From the NCBI RefSeq assembly GCF_044704955.1, contig NC_091987.1:81034001-81098000 (forward strand): a stretch of DNA of 64,000 bases. Direction: 5' to 3'. Under the pieces are notes generated by a model that was not told the origin of the DNA, searched no databases, and saw nothing but the letters and a program-made list of their open reading frames with translations. The stretch comes from Pristiophorus japonicus (taxonomy: Eukaryota). The translations under genes were made by a program, and so were the position numbers. Shown one piece after another: positions 25,591 to 39,017 of the stretch (positions are counted from its first letter, which is position 1; each line of letters starts with the position of its first letter).

Positions 25591-26899
25591 CTCCGTGATG
25601 CCAATTACATCATTTAGCCGCTCCTGACCATCTTTCTTTCTGCATATCTGGCCCCATTTTCTCACCTTAACGCCACTATTGTGCCATTTGTGCTTTCAGA
25701 CAATGCCCCGGATGAGTCTCAGGCTATTCCTGAGCCCCCCAAAACTCAGTCTGCAGGGAGAAGGAGGAGGGGGCAGAGGAGGAGGAGGATGCAAGCACTG
25801 CATCACTGCTTCTCACACTCACACGCACCAGCTCAGATACTGGGAGTATGCGGTCGTTGCAGTTCAGCTGAGGAGAGGGGCCTGCACTGGGTGATGCACT
25901 GGGGAGCATGCTGCAGCAGGCTCACGGGGTATGGCAAGCTCGGGAGCCTGCTCCCCAGAGGGCGAGTTCGCACACGAGTTCTGCTCCACAGGCCTCAGAT
26001 TAGGACCTCATTGGGGGAGGCGTTTGAACAAAGAGTGATGACCTTGCACTGCGACATAATAGAGGCAATGGCAAGGGTGTCCGAGAGCCTGTCGCAAGTG
26101 GTTAGCAGCATGGAGGAGTCTGCCTCCTGCATTGTAGACAGCTCTACACACACCATAGAGCCCATCATTGCCATTGTGCAGATGATGGTGGACCAGACGG
26201 ACCGTGTGGATCCAAACCTCAAGAGATGTCTCATTGGCGATGTGGCAGCTTCTATTTGGTCACAGGTGGAAGCAACGCAACATCTTCCTGCTGTAATTGA
26301 TTCAATGGTTGCTCGCATGGATGCGCAGACTTTACTCATGCAGTCTCACACTGCCCTGACGGCTGCCATCACCGCTGGGTCCATCACGGTCCACCGGGGA
26401 TCACACGGTGCCACAGCAGTCCAACAATCTGTGCATAGGCTGAGGTGTTGCCCCAGGGGAGTGGCACTGGCTCAGTGGAGCAGGAACCTGCTGTCCTCTC
26501 TCAGGACAACAGCATTTCTGATCCTACCACTGCCACTCCGTGATTGCAACTATCCATGGGCGTCACCCAGCCTGAGGTGCTTCAGTCTGCAGCTGGGCCT
26601 TCAGCCAGAGGACGTCCTAGAAGGCCATCTGTAGTCTCTGGCTCAGAAACACATCAGCCTTTCACCAGCTGCAGCCAGAGGGGAGACACTTGGGCGTAGT
26701 TGTTTACATAAAAGTGGATATAAAATGCACAAAGGTGAATGATATAAGTTATGTTGATGTAGCACTTTTTACACAGAGATATTGATTTTCATCTTTACTG
26801 TTTGCGCTTGTATCTGATTTCAATGTTGGGCATGTGGTCGGGAAAGAAGGGCTCATGATGTGTTTATCGGGGGTGGGGGGTGGAAGTGGTAAGTGGCGA

Positions 26900-29800
26900 G
26901 GACCTTATTGGAACTGAGATCTTCTGAGACGGTCTCGGACCTCCCTTGTTGTATCGGAACACTGTCGATGCTTCCTGCCTGCTGGCTGTGCCTCCTCCTG
27001 AGGTGTAACGTCTATGTCTTTGGCCAATGGCTGTGCCATCATTATTGCCAGGTTGTGATCATGTAGCAGACAACGACAAAGAGGGATACCTGGTCAGGCG
27101 AGGACTGCAGGACTCCTCGTGAGCGGTCAAGACAGCGGAACCATTGCTTCAGCACTCTGATGGTCTGCTCAATGATGCTCCTGGTGGTGGCATGGCTCTC
27201 ATTGTAAGAGTGCTGGGCAGGAGTGGTGGTGTCGCGGAGGGGAGTTATCAGCCAGGAGCATAGCAGGTAGCCCTTGTCTCCAAGGAGCCAGCCGCGAGCT
27301 GGCACCCCGGTCTGATGCAAGTGGAAGGCATCGTGGCTGCTGCCAGGATAGCGGGCATTAACAGCCTCTATTATGCGTGTGTGGTCACACACCAAGTGGA
27401 CAATGAGTGAGTGGCAGCATTTTCGGTTTCTAACGATCTCAGGATTGCGGTGCGGAGCCCTCAATACGACGTAGAAACATAGAAACATAGAAACTATGTG
27501 CAGGAGTAGGCCATTCGGCCCTTCTAGCCTGCACCGCCATTCAATGAGTTCATGGCTGAACATTCAACTTCAGTACCCCATTCCTGCTTTCTCGCCATAC
27601 CCCTTGATCCCCCTAGTAGTAAGGACCTCATCTAACTCCTTTTTGAATATATTTAGTGAATTGGCCTCAACAACTTTCTGTGGTAGAGAATTCCACAGGT
27701 TCACCACTCTCTGGGTGAAGAAGTTCCTCCGCATCTCGGTCCTAAATGGCTTACCCCTTATCCTTAGACTGTGACCTCTGGTTCTGGACTTCCCCAACAT
27801 TGGGAACATTCTTCCTGCATCTAACCTGTCTAACCCCGTCAGAATTTTAAATGTTTCTATGAGGTCCCCTCTCATTCTTCTGAACTCCAGTGAATACAAG
27901 CCCAGTTGATCCAGTCTTTCTTGATATGTCAGTCCCGCCATCCCGGGAATCAGTCTGGTGAACCTTCGCTGCACTCCCTCAATAGCAAGAATGTCCTTCC
28001 TCAGGTTAGGAGACCAAAACTGTACACAATACTCCAGGTGTGGCCTCACCAATGCCCTGTACAACTGTAGCAACACCTCCCTGCCCCTGTACTCAAATCC
28101 CCTTGCTATGAAGGCCAACATGCCATTTGCTTTCTTAACCGCCTGCTGCACCTGCATGCCAACCTTCAATGACTGATGTACCATGACACCCAGGTCTCTT
28201 TGCACCTCCCCTTTTCCTAATCTGTCACCATTCAGATAATAGTCTGTCTCTCTGTTTTTACCACCAAAGTGGATAACCTCACATTTATCCACATTATACT
28301 TCATCTGCCATGCATTTGCCCACTCACCTAACCTATCCAAGTCGCTCTGCAGCCTCACAGCATCCTCCTCGCAGCTCACACTGCCACCCAACTTAGTGTC
28401 ATCCGCAAATTTGGAGATACTACATTTAATCCCCTCATCTAAATCATTAATGTACAGTGTAAACAGCTGGGGCCCCAGCACAGAACCTTGCGGTACCCCA
28501 CTAGTCACTGCCTGCCATTCTGAAAAGTACCCATTTACTCCTACTCTTTGCTTCCTGTCTGACAACCAGTTCTCAATCCATGTCAGTACACTACCCCCAA
28601 TCCCATGTGCTCTAACTTTGCACATCAATCTCTTGTGTGGGACCTTGTCAAACGCCTTCTGAAAGTCCAAATATACCACATCGACTGGTTCTCCCTTGTC
28701 CACTCTACTGGAAACATCCTCAAAAAATTCCAGAAGATTTGTCAAGCATGATTTCCCTTTCACAAATCCATGCTGACTTGGACCTATCATGTCACCTCTT
28801 TCCAAATGCACTGCTATGACATCCTTAATAATTGATTCCATCATTTTACCCACTACCGATGTCAGGCTGACCGGTCTATAATTCCCTGTTTTCTCTCTCC
28901 CTCCTTTTTTAAAAAGTGGGGTTACATTGGCTACCCTCCACTCTATAGGAACTGATCCAGAGTCAATGGAATGTTGGAAAATGACTGTCAATGCATCCAC
29001 TTTTTCCAAGGCCACCTCCTTAAATACTCTGGGATGCAGTCCATCAGGCCCTGGGGATTTATCGGCCTTCAATCCCATCAATTTCCCCAACACAATTTCC
29101 CGGCGAATAAGGATTTCCCTCAGTTCCTCCTCCTTACTAGACCCCCCGACCCCTTTTATAACCGGAAGGTTTTTTGTGTCCTCCTTCGTGAATACCGAAC
29201 CAAAGTACTTGTTCAATTGGTCTGCCATTTCTTTGTTCCCCGTTATGACTTCCCCTGATTCTGACTGCAGGGGACCTACGTTTGTGTTTACTAACCTTTT
29301 TCTCTTTACATATCTATAGAAACTTTTGCAATCCGTCTTAATGTTCCCTGCAAGCTTCTTCTCATACTCCATTTTCCCTGCCCTAATCAAACCCTTTGTC
29401 CTCCTCTGCTGAGTTCTAAATTTCTCCCAGTCCCCAGGTTCGTTGCTATTTCTGGCCAATTTGTATGCCACTTCCTTGGCTTTAATACTATCCCTGATTT
29501 CCCTTGATAGCCACGGTTGAGCCACCTTCCCTTTTTTATTTTTATGCCAGACAGGAATGTACAATTGTTGTAGTTCATCCATGCTGTCTCTAAATGTCTG
29601 CCATTGCCCATCCACAGTCAACCCCTTAAGTATCATTCGCCAATCCATCCTAGCCAATTCACACCTCATACCTTCAAAGTTAGCCTTCTTTAAGTTCTGG
29701 ACCATGGTCTCTGAATTAACTGTTTCATTCTCCATCCCAATGCAGAATTCCACCATATTATGGTCACTCTTCCCCAAGGGGCCTCGCACAATGAGATTGC

Positions 29801-30960
29801 TAATTAATCCTCTCTCATTACATAACACCCAGTCTAAGATGGCCTCCCCCCTAGTTGGTTCCTCGACATATTGGTCTAAAAAACCATCCCTTATGCACTC
29901 CAGGAAATCCTCCTCCACAGTATTGCTTCCAGTTTGGTTAGCCCAATCTATGTGCATATTAAAGTCACCCATTATAACTGCTGCACCTTTATTGCACGCA
30001 CCCCTAATTTCCTGTTTGATGCCCTCCCCAACATCACTACTACTGTTTGGAGGTCTGTACACAACTCCCACTAACGTTTTTTGCCCTTTGGTGTTCTGCA
30101 GCTTTACCCATATAGATTCCACATCATCCAAGCTAATGTCCTTCCTAACTATTGCATTAATCTCCTCTTTAACCAGCAATGCTACCCCACCTCCTTTTCC
30201 TTTTATTCTATCCTTCCTGAATGTTGAATACCCCTGGATGTTGAGTTCCCAGCCCTGATCATCCTGCGCACCATCGTGACAAAGCCAGTCGACCGCTCCA
30301 GCTGCTTCTGTCTCGTCATGGGGAGTGAGAAGTATTCCATCCTCCTTCCGAACAGAGCATCTGTGATGTCACGAATGGAGCAATGGGCAGCATACTGGAA
30401 GATGTTGGAGATGTCTGCTGTGGCTCCCTGGAAAGATCCATTGGCATAAAAATTGAGGGCGATGGTGACATTCACTGCCACTGAGAGAGCTGTCCTCACC
30501 CTTGTCTGATGCTCCAGGTCTGGCTGCAGCAGATGACGCAGCTCTGTCACCACATCTTTCCTAAATCGCAGTTTCGGACACAATGCTCCTCAGAGAAGTT
30601 AACGTAGGAAAACTGTTACCAATAGACCCTGGATGTGTACAGCCTTCTATTGCCACATCTGTGTATGCGTCATCCTCTGCCCACGTCCTTATGGACCTCT
30701 TGTTCCTGTCCCTCTGCATCCTCCTGTTGGTGTACCTCTGCTTTTGTTCCCTTTGCCTCTCCCCATCCCTTTCCCTGCCTGTGCCTGTCCCTCTCCCTGA
30801 TTCTCGGAGCATAGGCCTCTCCCACTGCACGTCCCTCTCCTAGTGGGAGCTTTTATCTTTCCCTCTCCCGATGCATCTGCCTCACTAATTCACGACACCG
30901 TTGTCTTCTGTGAACCATCCTCTGATGGTGAAGTTGGAGGAGGCGGTCCACTGCCCATGA
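26900..30960 (-). pseudogene. Harbinger DDE transposase (HARBI1-like) split by a CR1 insertion
   Basis: LRFRKDVV...ALNFYANGSFQ (30265-30583); ARYPGSSHDAF, LLGDKGY, IIEQTIRVLKQWFRCL (27042-27470). Confidence 0.85.
27472..30264 (-). mobile_element. Young CR1 LINE, 5'-truncated, with an uninterrupted 869-aa ORF2 portion (27570-30179)
   Basis: Open APE-RT frame; (GAAACATA)n tail. Confidence 0.95.
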
Positions 30961-32069
30961 TTGCCAAATAATCTTGTTGTGTCCAAATGGACCTGAGTAA
31001 AGCAGGGGGAGGCGATGGGAGTCAAATTAAACTGAGACCCAGCAACCTATGATGGCAGTGGCACATCGAAAAAACAAAATAGCTACAAGCTGGAAAAATT
31101 ATGCCCGACAAAAAAAATGTTCAACAGCACGCCTTTAAATATTGTTAACGCTGCACCTTTCCAACTTGAAGTTAACAGCAAAAGCTGTCGTTGACATCAG
31201 CAAGCGTAAGGTAGAGGGGCGTGGGGCAATTTAACTTCCGGGGCGGTCACGAGGTGATGCGCACAGTGATGGTGTCATCATCACTGTGCACAGAAGAGCT
31301 CGCAAGCGATGCCGGAGCGGCTCGATAAACCGTTGCACCATCGGCGAAGAGGTGACCAATTCTGCATTTGTCGTTGTGGCCGCCGTGCCCGTGCGCTAAC
31401 TCATTACCGCTCCGTTAACACCGGGCGGAGGCGCTAATGGGCCTTGCGCAAAGGGGCAATTTTGGCCCCTCAGAGTGTATAGAGTGTTAAGCTTGGGGCT
31501 GAAATTGATCTTGGGCAGTAGTGCAAAATAAGCGATGACAAATTTACAAAATGGCTCAGTATCCGCTGATGGGCCAGCTGAAGAGGAAAAAAAAACTTGC
31601 ATTTTTATAGTGCCTTTCACAACCCCAGAGTGACCCAAAGCACATTACAGCCAAAGAAGTAATGAATAATAATAAGCAATGAAGAGGAGATGACAGGTAA
31701 GCTGGTGTTCAATTTTGTGTGGCCGGGAGGAGCAGAAGTGTTCCTCTGGGCTCCACAGCTCCAGCCTGGGCCGCTGCCACTCCCCCCCACTTCCCGAGAT
31801 CGCCCTTCTTCTCCACGACGGAGGCCACCCAATATTGCAGTGGCCTGGAGCTGGCAGGCTGCCCGGGGTGCTCATTTTGTACCCAAAGCCCGCCAGTTAA
31901 ATGCTAACAAGACCCGACTATCAGATGACAGGCTGGCACTCTCTGCCACTGGCTGCCCAAAGTCTGCTCAGGGTGAAAGTCTACCCCTAAGTTTCTTGGA
32001 GGCTGCTTTTACACTCAAGGAAATCAGGAAGTTTCATTTGAGGTCAGAGGAGATAGTGAATAGAAGAAG

Positions 32070-32440
32070 GAAATACATTTATGTAGTGCCTTATGTCCCA
32101 AAGTGCTTCACATCCAATGGATAATTTTTTTGATGTATGGTCACTTGTATATGGGCAAATATGGCAGAAAAGTTTCATACAGCAAGATCCCAGTGATGAG
32201 TTAATCAGTTTTTGATGGTATTCATTGAGGGAGAAATGTTGGTCAGGATACCAGAAGAATTTACTGTTCTTCTTCACATCGTACCATGGGATTTTTACAT
32301 CCACCTGAACAAGCAGATAGGGCCTTGGCTGTGTCTCTGACAATGCAGTACTCCCTCAGTACTGCACTGACATGTCAGACTATAACTATGTGGTCAAGTC
32401 CTAGAGTGGGATTTAAATGCCTTCTGACTCAAAAGTGAGT
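32070..32440 (-). mobile_element. Degenerate Deu-domain SINE
   Basis: Shares CTCCCTCAGTACTGCACTG and the Deu core with other copies. Confidence 0.65.
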
Positions 32441-33127
32441 GATCGGACTACAGATGGAGCCATCAAAGGTAAGAACTAATGATTTGTTGACTTTCACAAT
32501 TCCAAAGCTCCATATATTTATAACACTTTTCAGTTGATACAATTTCCACTTCACAGTCAGCATTTTCTCGAATGTTTGAGTAACACAACTTATGAGGACA
32601 GGAAGCATACACTGGACAATCTATTCCATCATCTTGTATAAACAGCAGTGTGTTTCAAAGACAATGTTTTTGTCAGAATCAGCAGATTTCTGATATGCTG
32701 AAAATGGAATGTATTGTTTCATACAAGAATCTAAAGCCCCACGTACTCAATTGGGGGAAGAGGAAACATGGCAGCCATTCTGTGCATGTAGTGCTCATGT
32801 AGTCTGTTGCTGTTTCGATTATTATTATACTTCATGATCACCTGATTGTGCAAAATGATAGAGCTCCTTTCAACTGAACTAAAACTAACTGTAACTAAAA
32901 TAAACCAACATGTGCTGAAACACCAGTCTGTTAACATTAACTGTATTCACATTAAAAGTAATGGCAACGTAAAGATAAACTCAGATTTTGACCTGGATTC
33001 ACAGTTATTCCCATCAATAACATGGTTACACTACTTGAACAGAAATGAGTGGCCAATGCTCCTGAATTAACCACAATCCTTACAGGAGGCCCAAATCATT
33101 TTAGAAATCAGCTTTGGTTATTAATTA

Positions 33128-33600
33128 AAGAAAGGCTTGGATTTTATATAGTGCCTTTCATGACCGCCAGACGTCTTAAAGCACTTTACAGACAATGAAG
33201 TACTTTTTGGAGTGTAGTTATTATTGTAATGTGGGAAACGCAGCAGCCAATTTGCACACAAGCAAACTTCCACAAACAGCAATGTGATAATGATCAGATA
33301 ATCTGTATTTTTTTGTTGTATTGATTGAGGGATAAATATTGGCCGGGACACCAGGGATAACTAAACTGCTCTTCTTCGAACTAGTGCCACGGGATCTTTT
33401 ACGTCCACTTGAGGGAGACGAGGCCTCGGTTAAACCTCTCATCTGAAAGACGGCACCTCAAACAGTGCAGCACTCCCTCAGTACTGCACTGGATTGTCAG
33501 CCTAGATTTTTTTGTGCTTAAGTAGCTGGAGTAAGACTTGAACCCACAACCTTCTGACTCAGAGATGAGTGGGCTACCCATTGAGCCACAGCTGACACTG
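33128..33600 (-). mobile_element. Complete Deu-domain SINE (SacSINE1-like)
   Basis: tRNA-like head (GTGGCTCAATGG A box, GGTTCAAGTC B box), Deu core, GCACTATATAAAA tail. Confidence 0.82.
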
Positions 33601-34049
33601 AATTAGTTTTGACAACTATATGAACAGTTATTGTAATTTAATCCAAAGATTGTTCTCTGAGGTTAAGTTATTTTTCACTTCCCACCCTCCAAAAAAGCAG
33701 ATTCACTTTGTGATGTTGTGTTTTACCCATAAAGAGTTAAGGCCTTAAAACATTTTTTAATCCATAATTAAATCAAATATATTTAAATCTCTCGGGCCTA
33801 AAACAACTTTCAGGAGAATCCAAGTATAGAAACACTTCAATCAAATTACTGAGCAGGAGTGCAACCTATTCCAACTTTCTTATTTCTGAAGTTTTTTTAA
33901 TTCAGGTCTCACAATAAAACATAATGTAACTTTGATTAAATAGTTCCTCAATCTCTCAAAGCAACAGTTGAAGAAGCAGCAAAGAAAAATGACAGACAGT
34001 GTGAACAATGGAAATACAAGTCTAACAACATGTTACAATTGATTTTCAG

Positions 34050-34355
34050 CTCGTCCAACAGTCCAGTTAAGAGCAGAGACTCTGCCTTACCCTAATGAAG
34101 GTGTACAGCTAATCTGCACATCACTGGAGTTCTATCCTGACAGCATTCAAGTGTCCTGGTTTAAAGATGGACAGTTAATCACCAATGGGACTGAGAATGG
34201 GACCCTCTACTGTAACAGTGACGGCACCTTCTCCATCACAAGTTTCCTGAATCTTTCTGTATTTGACTGGAATGAAGGTGGAAATTATTCCTGTCAGGTG
34301 AACCACTCAACACTGTCTGCACCCATCACTGAACGAGCTCCTGGCAGTAACCGAG
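34050..34355 (+). CDS. VJ-C1 IgSF receptor, coding exon 3: C1-set Ig constant domain
   Basis: Acceptor gattttcag; LICTSLEFYPDSIQVSWFKDG, SDGTFSITSFL, DWNEGGNYSCQVNHSTL; 306 nt, phase 1/1; donor G|gtacga. Confidence 0.92.
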
Positions 34356-34539
34356 GTACGAATAGTAGTGTGTTCTATTGTGCAGATATTATTTAATATA
34401 ATATCTTTCGTAAAATACATGACTTTAACTGAAGACTTGATGCTTTAACTGCTGATTAGCTTCACTGAACAGCATCCTTTATCTGCTTTTTGATGCTGGG
34501 TGGGAGAGAAATAATCATCAAGACAACTGGCGAACTCCT

Positions 34540-35350
34540 TTTTTTTAAATTTATTCGTTCCTGGCATTTATTGCCTATCCCTAATTGCCATTGAGAAGGT
34601 GGTGGTGAGCTGCCTTCTTGAACCGCTGCAGTCCGTGAGGTGAAGGTACTCTCACAGTGCTGTTAGGGAGGAAGTTCCAAGATTTTGACCCAGCGACGAT
34701 GAAGGAACGGCGATACATTTCCAAGGCGGGACGGTGCGTGATTTGAAGGGGAACTTGCAGGTGGTGGTGTTCCCATGCGCCTGCTGCCCTTGTCGCGGGT
34801 TTGGGAGGTGCTGCCGAAGAAGCCTTGGTGAATTGCTGCAATGTATCTTGTAGATGGTACACACTGCAGCCACGGTGTGCCAGTGGTGGAGGGAGTGAAT
34901 ACTGAAGGTAGTGGATGGGGTGCCAATCAAGCGGGCTGCTTTGTCCTGGATGGTGTCGAGCTTCTTGAATGTTGGATCTGTGCTCATCCAGGCAAGTGGA
35001 GAGTATTCCATCACACTCCTGACTTGTGCCTTGTAGATGGTGAAAAGGGTTTGGGGAGTCAGGGGATGAGACACTCACTGCAGAATACCTAGCCTCTGAC
35101 CTGCTCTTGTAGTCACAGTATTTATGTGGCTGGTCCAATTAAGTTTATGGTCAATGGTGACCCCCAAGATGTTGATGATGGGGGATTCGGCGATGGTAAT
35201 GCCGTTGAATGTCAAGGGGCATTGGTTAGACTCTCGCTGGTTGGCACTTGTGTGGCACGAATGTTACTTGTCACTTATCAGCCCAAGCCTGAATGTTGTC
35301 CAGGTCTTGCTGCATTCGAGCAAGAACTGCTTCATTATCTGAGGAGTTGC
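34540..35350 (-). mobile_element. 3' fragment of a second CR1/L2-group LINE family
   Basis: IYKAQVRSVMEYSPLAW, LDTIQDKAARLI, MQQDLDNIQAWADK. Confidence 0.8.
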
Positions 35351-35781
35351 GAATGCTCTTCTTCGAATAGTGCCACGAGATCTTTAATGGCCACCTGAAC
35401 AGGTTTAATGTCTCATCCAAAAATTGACACAAGCTCCCTTGCTGAAGTGTCAGCCTAGATTGTTTGCCCAGGTCCTTATACTCCTGAGAAGCGCCTTGGG
35501 ACATTAAAGGCACTATATAAATACAAGTTGTTGTTGTTACTGTTGCTGCAGAAAGTGCTAGCAACTGAGCCAAGCTGACATCCATAAAATCAATTCCATT
35601 GTATCATTTCCAAAATACTCCAAAATATTCATTACGCTGCAGGAAAGGAGTAAAGGAGCTTCCTCAGCAGTGCTCTCAAGGAAAGCAAAATAATGCTAAT
35701 TTTGTGTTCAAAACTCAAATGAACTACAAGCAGAGGACAGCCATCCATACAGATCCAAGCCTTGGCATCACATTTTCAGAA

Positions 35782-38193
35782 TACATTCGTATCCGGGTAA
35801 ACGAGAGTTTACTGTAACGGAAAACCCGCCGTAACGGAATTTTAAATATTGCGAGATTCGGAAATTTAACTGTCACACAAGTGAATATCTCGCTCACGTC
35901 AACCTGTCCACATTTGCGATAGTTGATCAATTACACATAAATTGACGCAGGCGTGGACTTCTTGTTCACTTTTCAACTGTCGCACACATTGAAAGCAGTT
36001 CATTGCAACGCATCAGTCTGTCGAGTGTACTTGTTCAAAACACCCTGGAATCAAACAATTTAAAACGCCTTCTGACAGCACCAAAAGCAAATGCAACATA
36101 AGGAAACGAAAAGTATTGAACATTCAGCAGAAATTAGAAATTATAAAGAAGTCTGAAGCTGGCAGAAGTGTGTGTACTTTGATGGACGAATATGAAGTTG
36201 GATCATCAACAATTTATGATATCAAGAAGTAAAAGAAAGATTGAGAAAGTTTCACCGCTGCTTCTGAATCTCCCGTGAAGGCAATGTCCCGCACGAATTT
36301 GCGAAAGCTGAAGCTTGACAAACTAGACCAAGTGCTTTATGAATGGTTTTCTTTGAAACGGTCTGAAGGTGTGGCAATTTCAGAGTCAATGATTACAGCA
36401 AAGACCAAGGACTTGAAGATGAGAATGAATTTAACTGAAGAGTACATTTTTTCACAAGGCTGGCTCACACGTTTTAAGCATCGACACGGCATTTGCCAGC
36501 TGGATGCGACGGGCGAAAAAAAATCAGCAGACAATGAGGCCGCACAGAATTATTCAAGAACATTTGCTGAAATGGTGCAGGAAAAGAAATTGACTGCAGA
36601 TCAAATATACAACGCCGATGAGACTGGCGTACTATGGAAGTGTTTGCCAACTGCTACATTGGCTGCAGCAGGGGAGAAGGAAGCTGTAGGCTTTAAAATA
36701 AATAAGGAGGTTAACAATCTTGAATTGTGCCAATGCCTCTGGAGAACATTCCACTTTTAGTGATTGGCAAATCAAAGAAACCACGTGCTTTAAAAGGAAT
36801 TGCTCATTTACCAGTTAGCTATAAAGCTCAGAAAAGTGCGTGGATGGACAAGGACATATTCATGGAAAGGTTTTCAACAGAATTCATTCCCCAAGTTCGA
36901 GAAAACATGAAGAAAATAGGCAAACCTAATGGAAAGTGTGTGCTGCTTTTGGACAATTGCATAGCACACCCGCATAAGTCAAAATTAGTGTCTAGCTGTG
37001 GCAACATCTTTGCATGCTATTTGCCCCCCAATGTGACCTCGCTCATTCAACCTATGGATCAGGGCGTCATACAAAACTTCAAGTGCCACTATAGGAATAA
37101 CTTCATGCGCAAATTAATTAATAGCGATCAAACAATCTCTGATTTCCAGAGAGCATACAATATTAAAGATGCCATCTACGCATGTTCGCTGGTATGGAGA
37201 GAAGTAAAAAACATTACAATGAAGAGGTGTTGGTGCAAGTTGTGGCCCGCTGTCATAGTTGAAGAGAGTGCTTCTGATGACGAAGAATTTGAAGGTTTTC
37301 ATGTATGAGCTAATAAAAAACAGGCTGTAAAAGAAATCATGGAAATTGTTAGCAGTACACACGAAACAACCACACTTAAATCCTTAGCAGAAGATGACAT
37401 TGCTAAGTGGATAGATGTTGACATCGAAACAGATGTAACACAAACTTATACTGACGAGGAACTTATCGGCGTAGTCACCAAGAAAGACAAATCTAACAAA
37501 GAGATGAGCGATTCAGACAATGAAATAGCATGCAAAGATGTCGCCACAACTAAACACTAATTTTGACTCATGCGGGTGTGCTCTGCAATTGTCCAAAAGC
37601 AGCACACACTTTCCATTAGGTTTGCCTATTTTCTTCATGTTTGCTCGAACTTGGGGGACGAATTTTGTTGAAAACTGTTCCATGAAAAGCAAAAAAAGAC
37701 TTGGACATGTGCTGAAGAAGCAATGAAATATATCGTTGTTTTTTTTGAGGAGAATTCTCATTTTACTTCTCAGGAGGTTCTGCAAACTCATATCATCCAC
37801 AACATTTTAATTAAGAAGAAAATGAATTCATTTAAACAAGCAGATATAAGATTGCTATTTTGAAAATCAATCTCAAATGTCAACGCAGAAAAAGGAGCTT
37901 CTGCAGACGAAGAAACATTGGCAGAAGTAACAAATTTAACAGAATAAAATAATGAACTAAATATTTTGTTTCATTTATTAGACATTTATTTTTAATTTCA
38001 AAAAAGTTTTAATTTCTGAATAGCTCATTGGAAAGAGCGGATCAAGATCTATATACGATTTATAAAATATTTTGTGGGTGGTTCTATCACCTTCAAATAT
38101 TAACTTTAAAATGTAAACTTGCCCTACCGAAAAATTAGTTTATCCGGAAATGCCGAATCCCCAAACAATCCGGGTAAACGAGAGTTTACTGTA
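35782..38193 (+). mobile_element. pogo/Tigger-type DNA transposon with disrupted transposase (about 36090-37910)
   Basis: CENP-B-like HTH (KRKVLNIQQKLEII), [35 protein letters not shown]; right TIR ...GAGAGTTTACTG followed by TA. Confidence 0.9.
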
Positions 38194-38907
38194 TTGAATT
38201 ATTTTGAAACATTGAATTTCTAATCCAAACACTGCCAGTGGAGATCCAATCTCAATCCCAAAAATCTAAGTTCATATGCATACAGCTACAGGAAAAACTA
38301 AACTTTCCTTTCTGTTTGCAGCACAAATCTGTTTATTTACTTCTCGTTTTTTCTTTCATTGCCTTCTATTTCAACTTTTAATTTCTTTCCCTCTGTCATT
38401 CCTACATTGTTTATTTCTTTATTCACTGTTTTTCTTCTCATTTTCAGTGCCCAAGATAGCCAGGCAGGTCTATCCTTTATAGTTTAAGTGCCATCCACCT
38501 ACTACTAGGAGATGTTGATATAATTTACAATGCAAATGCAAGTGGCAATTTTGAGTGGTGATAAATGGGGCAACAACTGCTACAGATGTGGAAAGGATTG
38601 GAAACAGCAGAATTAAGTAGATACTTTTACACATCAGTTGGTGCATTTTTAGTTTGACCCATATGAAAGTTTGGAGAACTTAATCAACAGAAAATGATCA
38701 ATAAAAGATTACTACAATTGTTAAGTTTTGCTTCATAGAGTGAAGAAAATAAAACTTAATTATACCCATAATTTTAACAGCCAGATGTATGTGTTATTGT
38801 AAAAAAATTCTCCATCAAAGACAACGTGGTGATAATGAAACGGTGTTATATCAGTGTCTGCCTATTGGTGGATAGTCATGTGATGCCTTATCAATAACTC
38901 TTCACAG

Positions 38908-39017
38908 GTAAAAGCGATGACAACAGTAGAACATGGGCAATAGTACGAAGAGTCATTATCCTTGCTGTGGCAACACTGATTGTGATGGCAGCATTTATTT
39001 TCTATTTCAGACTTCAT
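38908..39017 (+). CDS. VJ-C1 IgSF receptor, coding exon 4: stalk and TM (GKSDDNSRTWAIVRRVIILAVATLIVMAAFIFYFRLH)
   Basis: Acceptor ctcttcacag, phase 1; hydrophobic helix; phase-0 donor CAT|gtatgt. Confidence 0.85.

Larger units (their letters stand above)
21922..26634 (+). pseudogene. Harbinger Myb/SANT-like DNA-binding protein remnant (pieces near 21922-22180, 22625-22789, 25700-26634)
   Basis: RAPRFIDTELETLV...IWAEVAAEV...RTKQCCKMLCDL trihelix-type motif; splice signals; frameshifts. Confidence 0.7.
21597..31469. mobile_element. Full-length PIF/Harbinger DNA transposon (inactive) with convergent Myb/SANT-like and transposase genes
   Basis: TIRs GGGGCTAAAATTGCCCC (21597-21613) and GGGGCAATTTTGGCCCC (31453-31469), 16/17 match; TSD tta/tca. 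Confidence 0.88.

Noticed and set aside
33520-33600. tRNA-like sequence (also near 20430-20505)
   Set aside because: Head of a tRNA-derived SINE, not a tRNA gene
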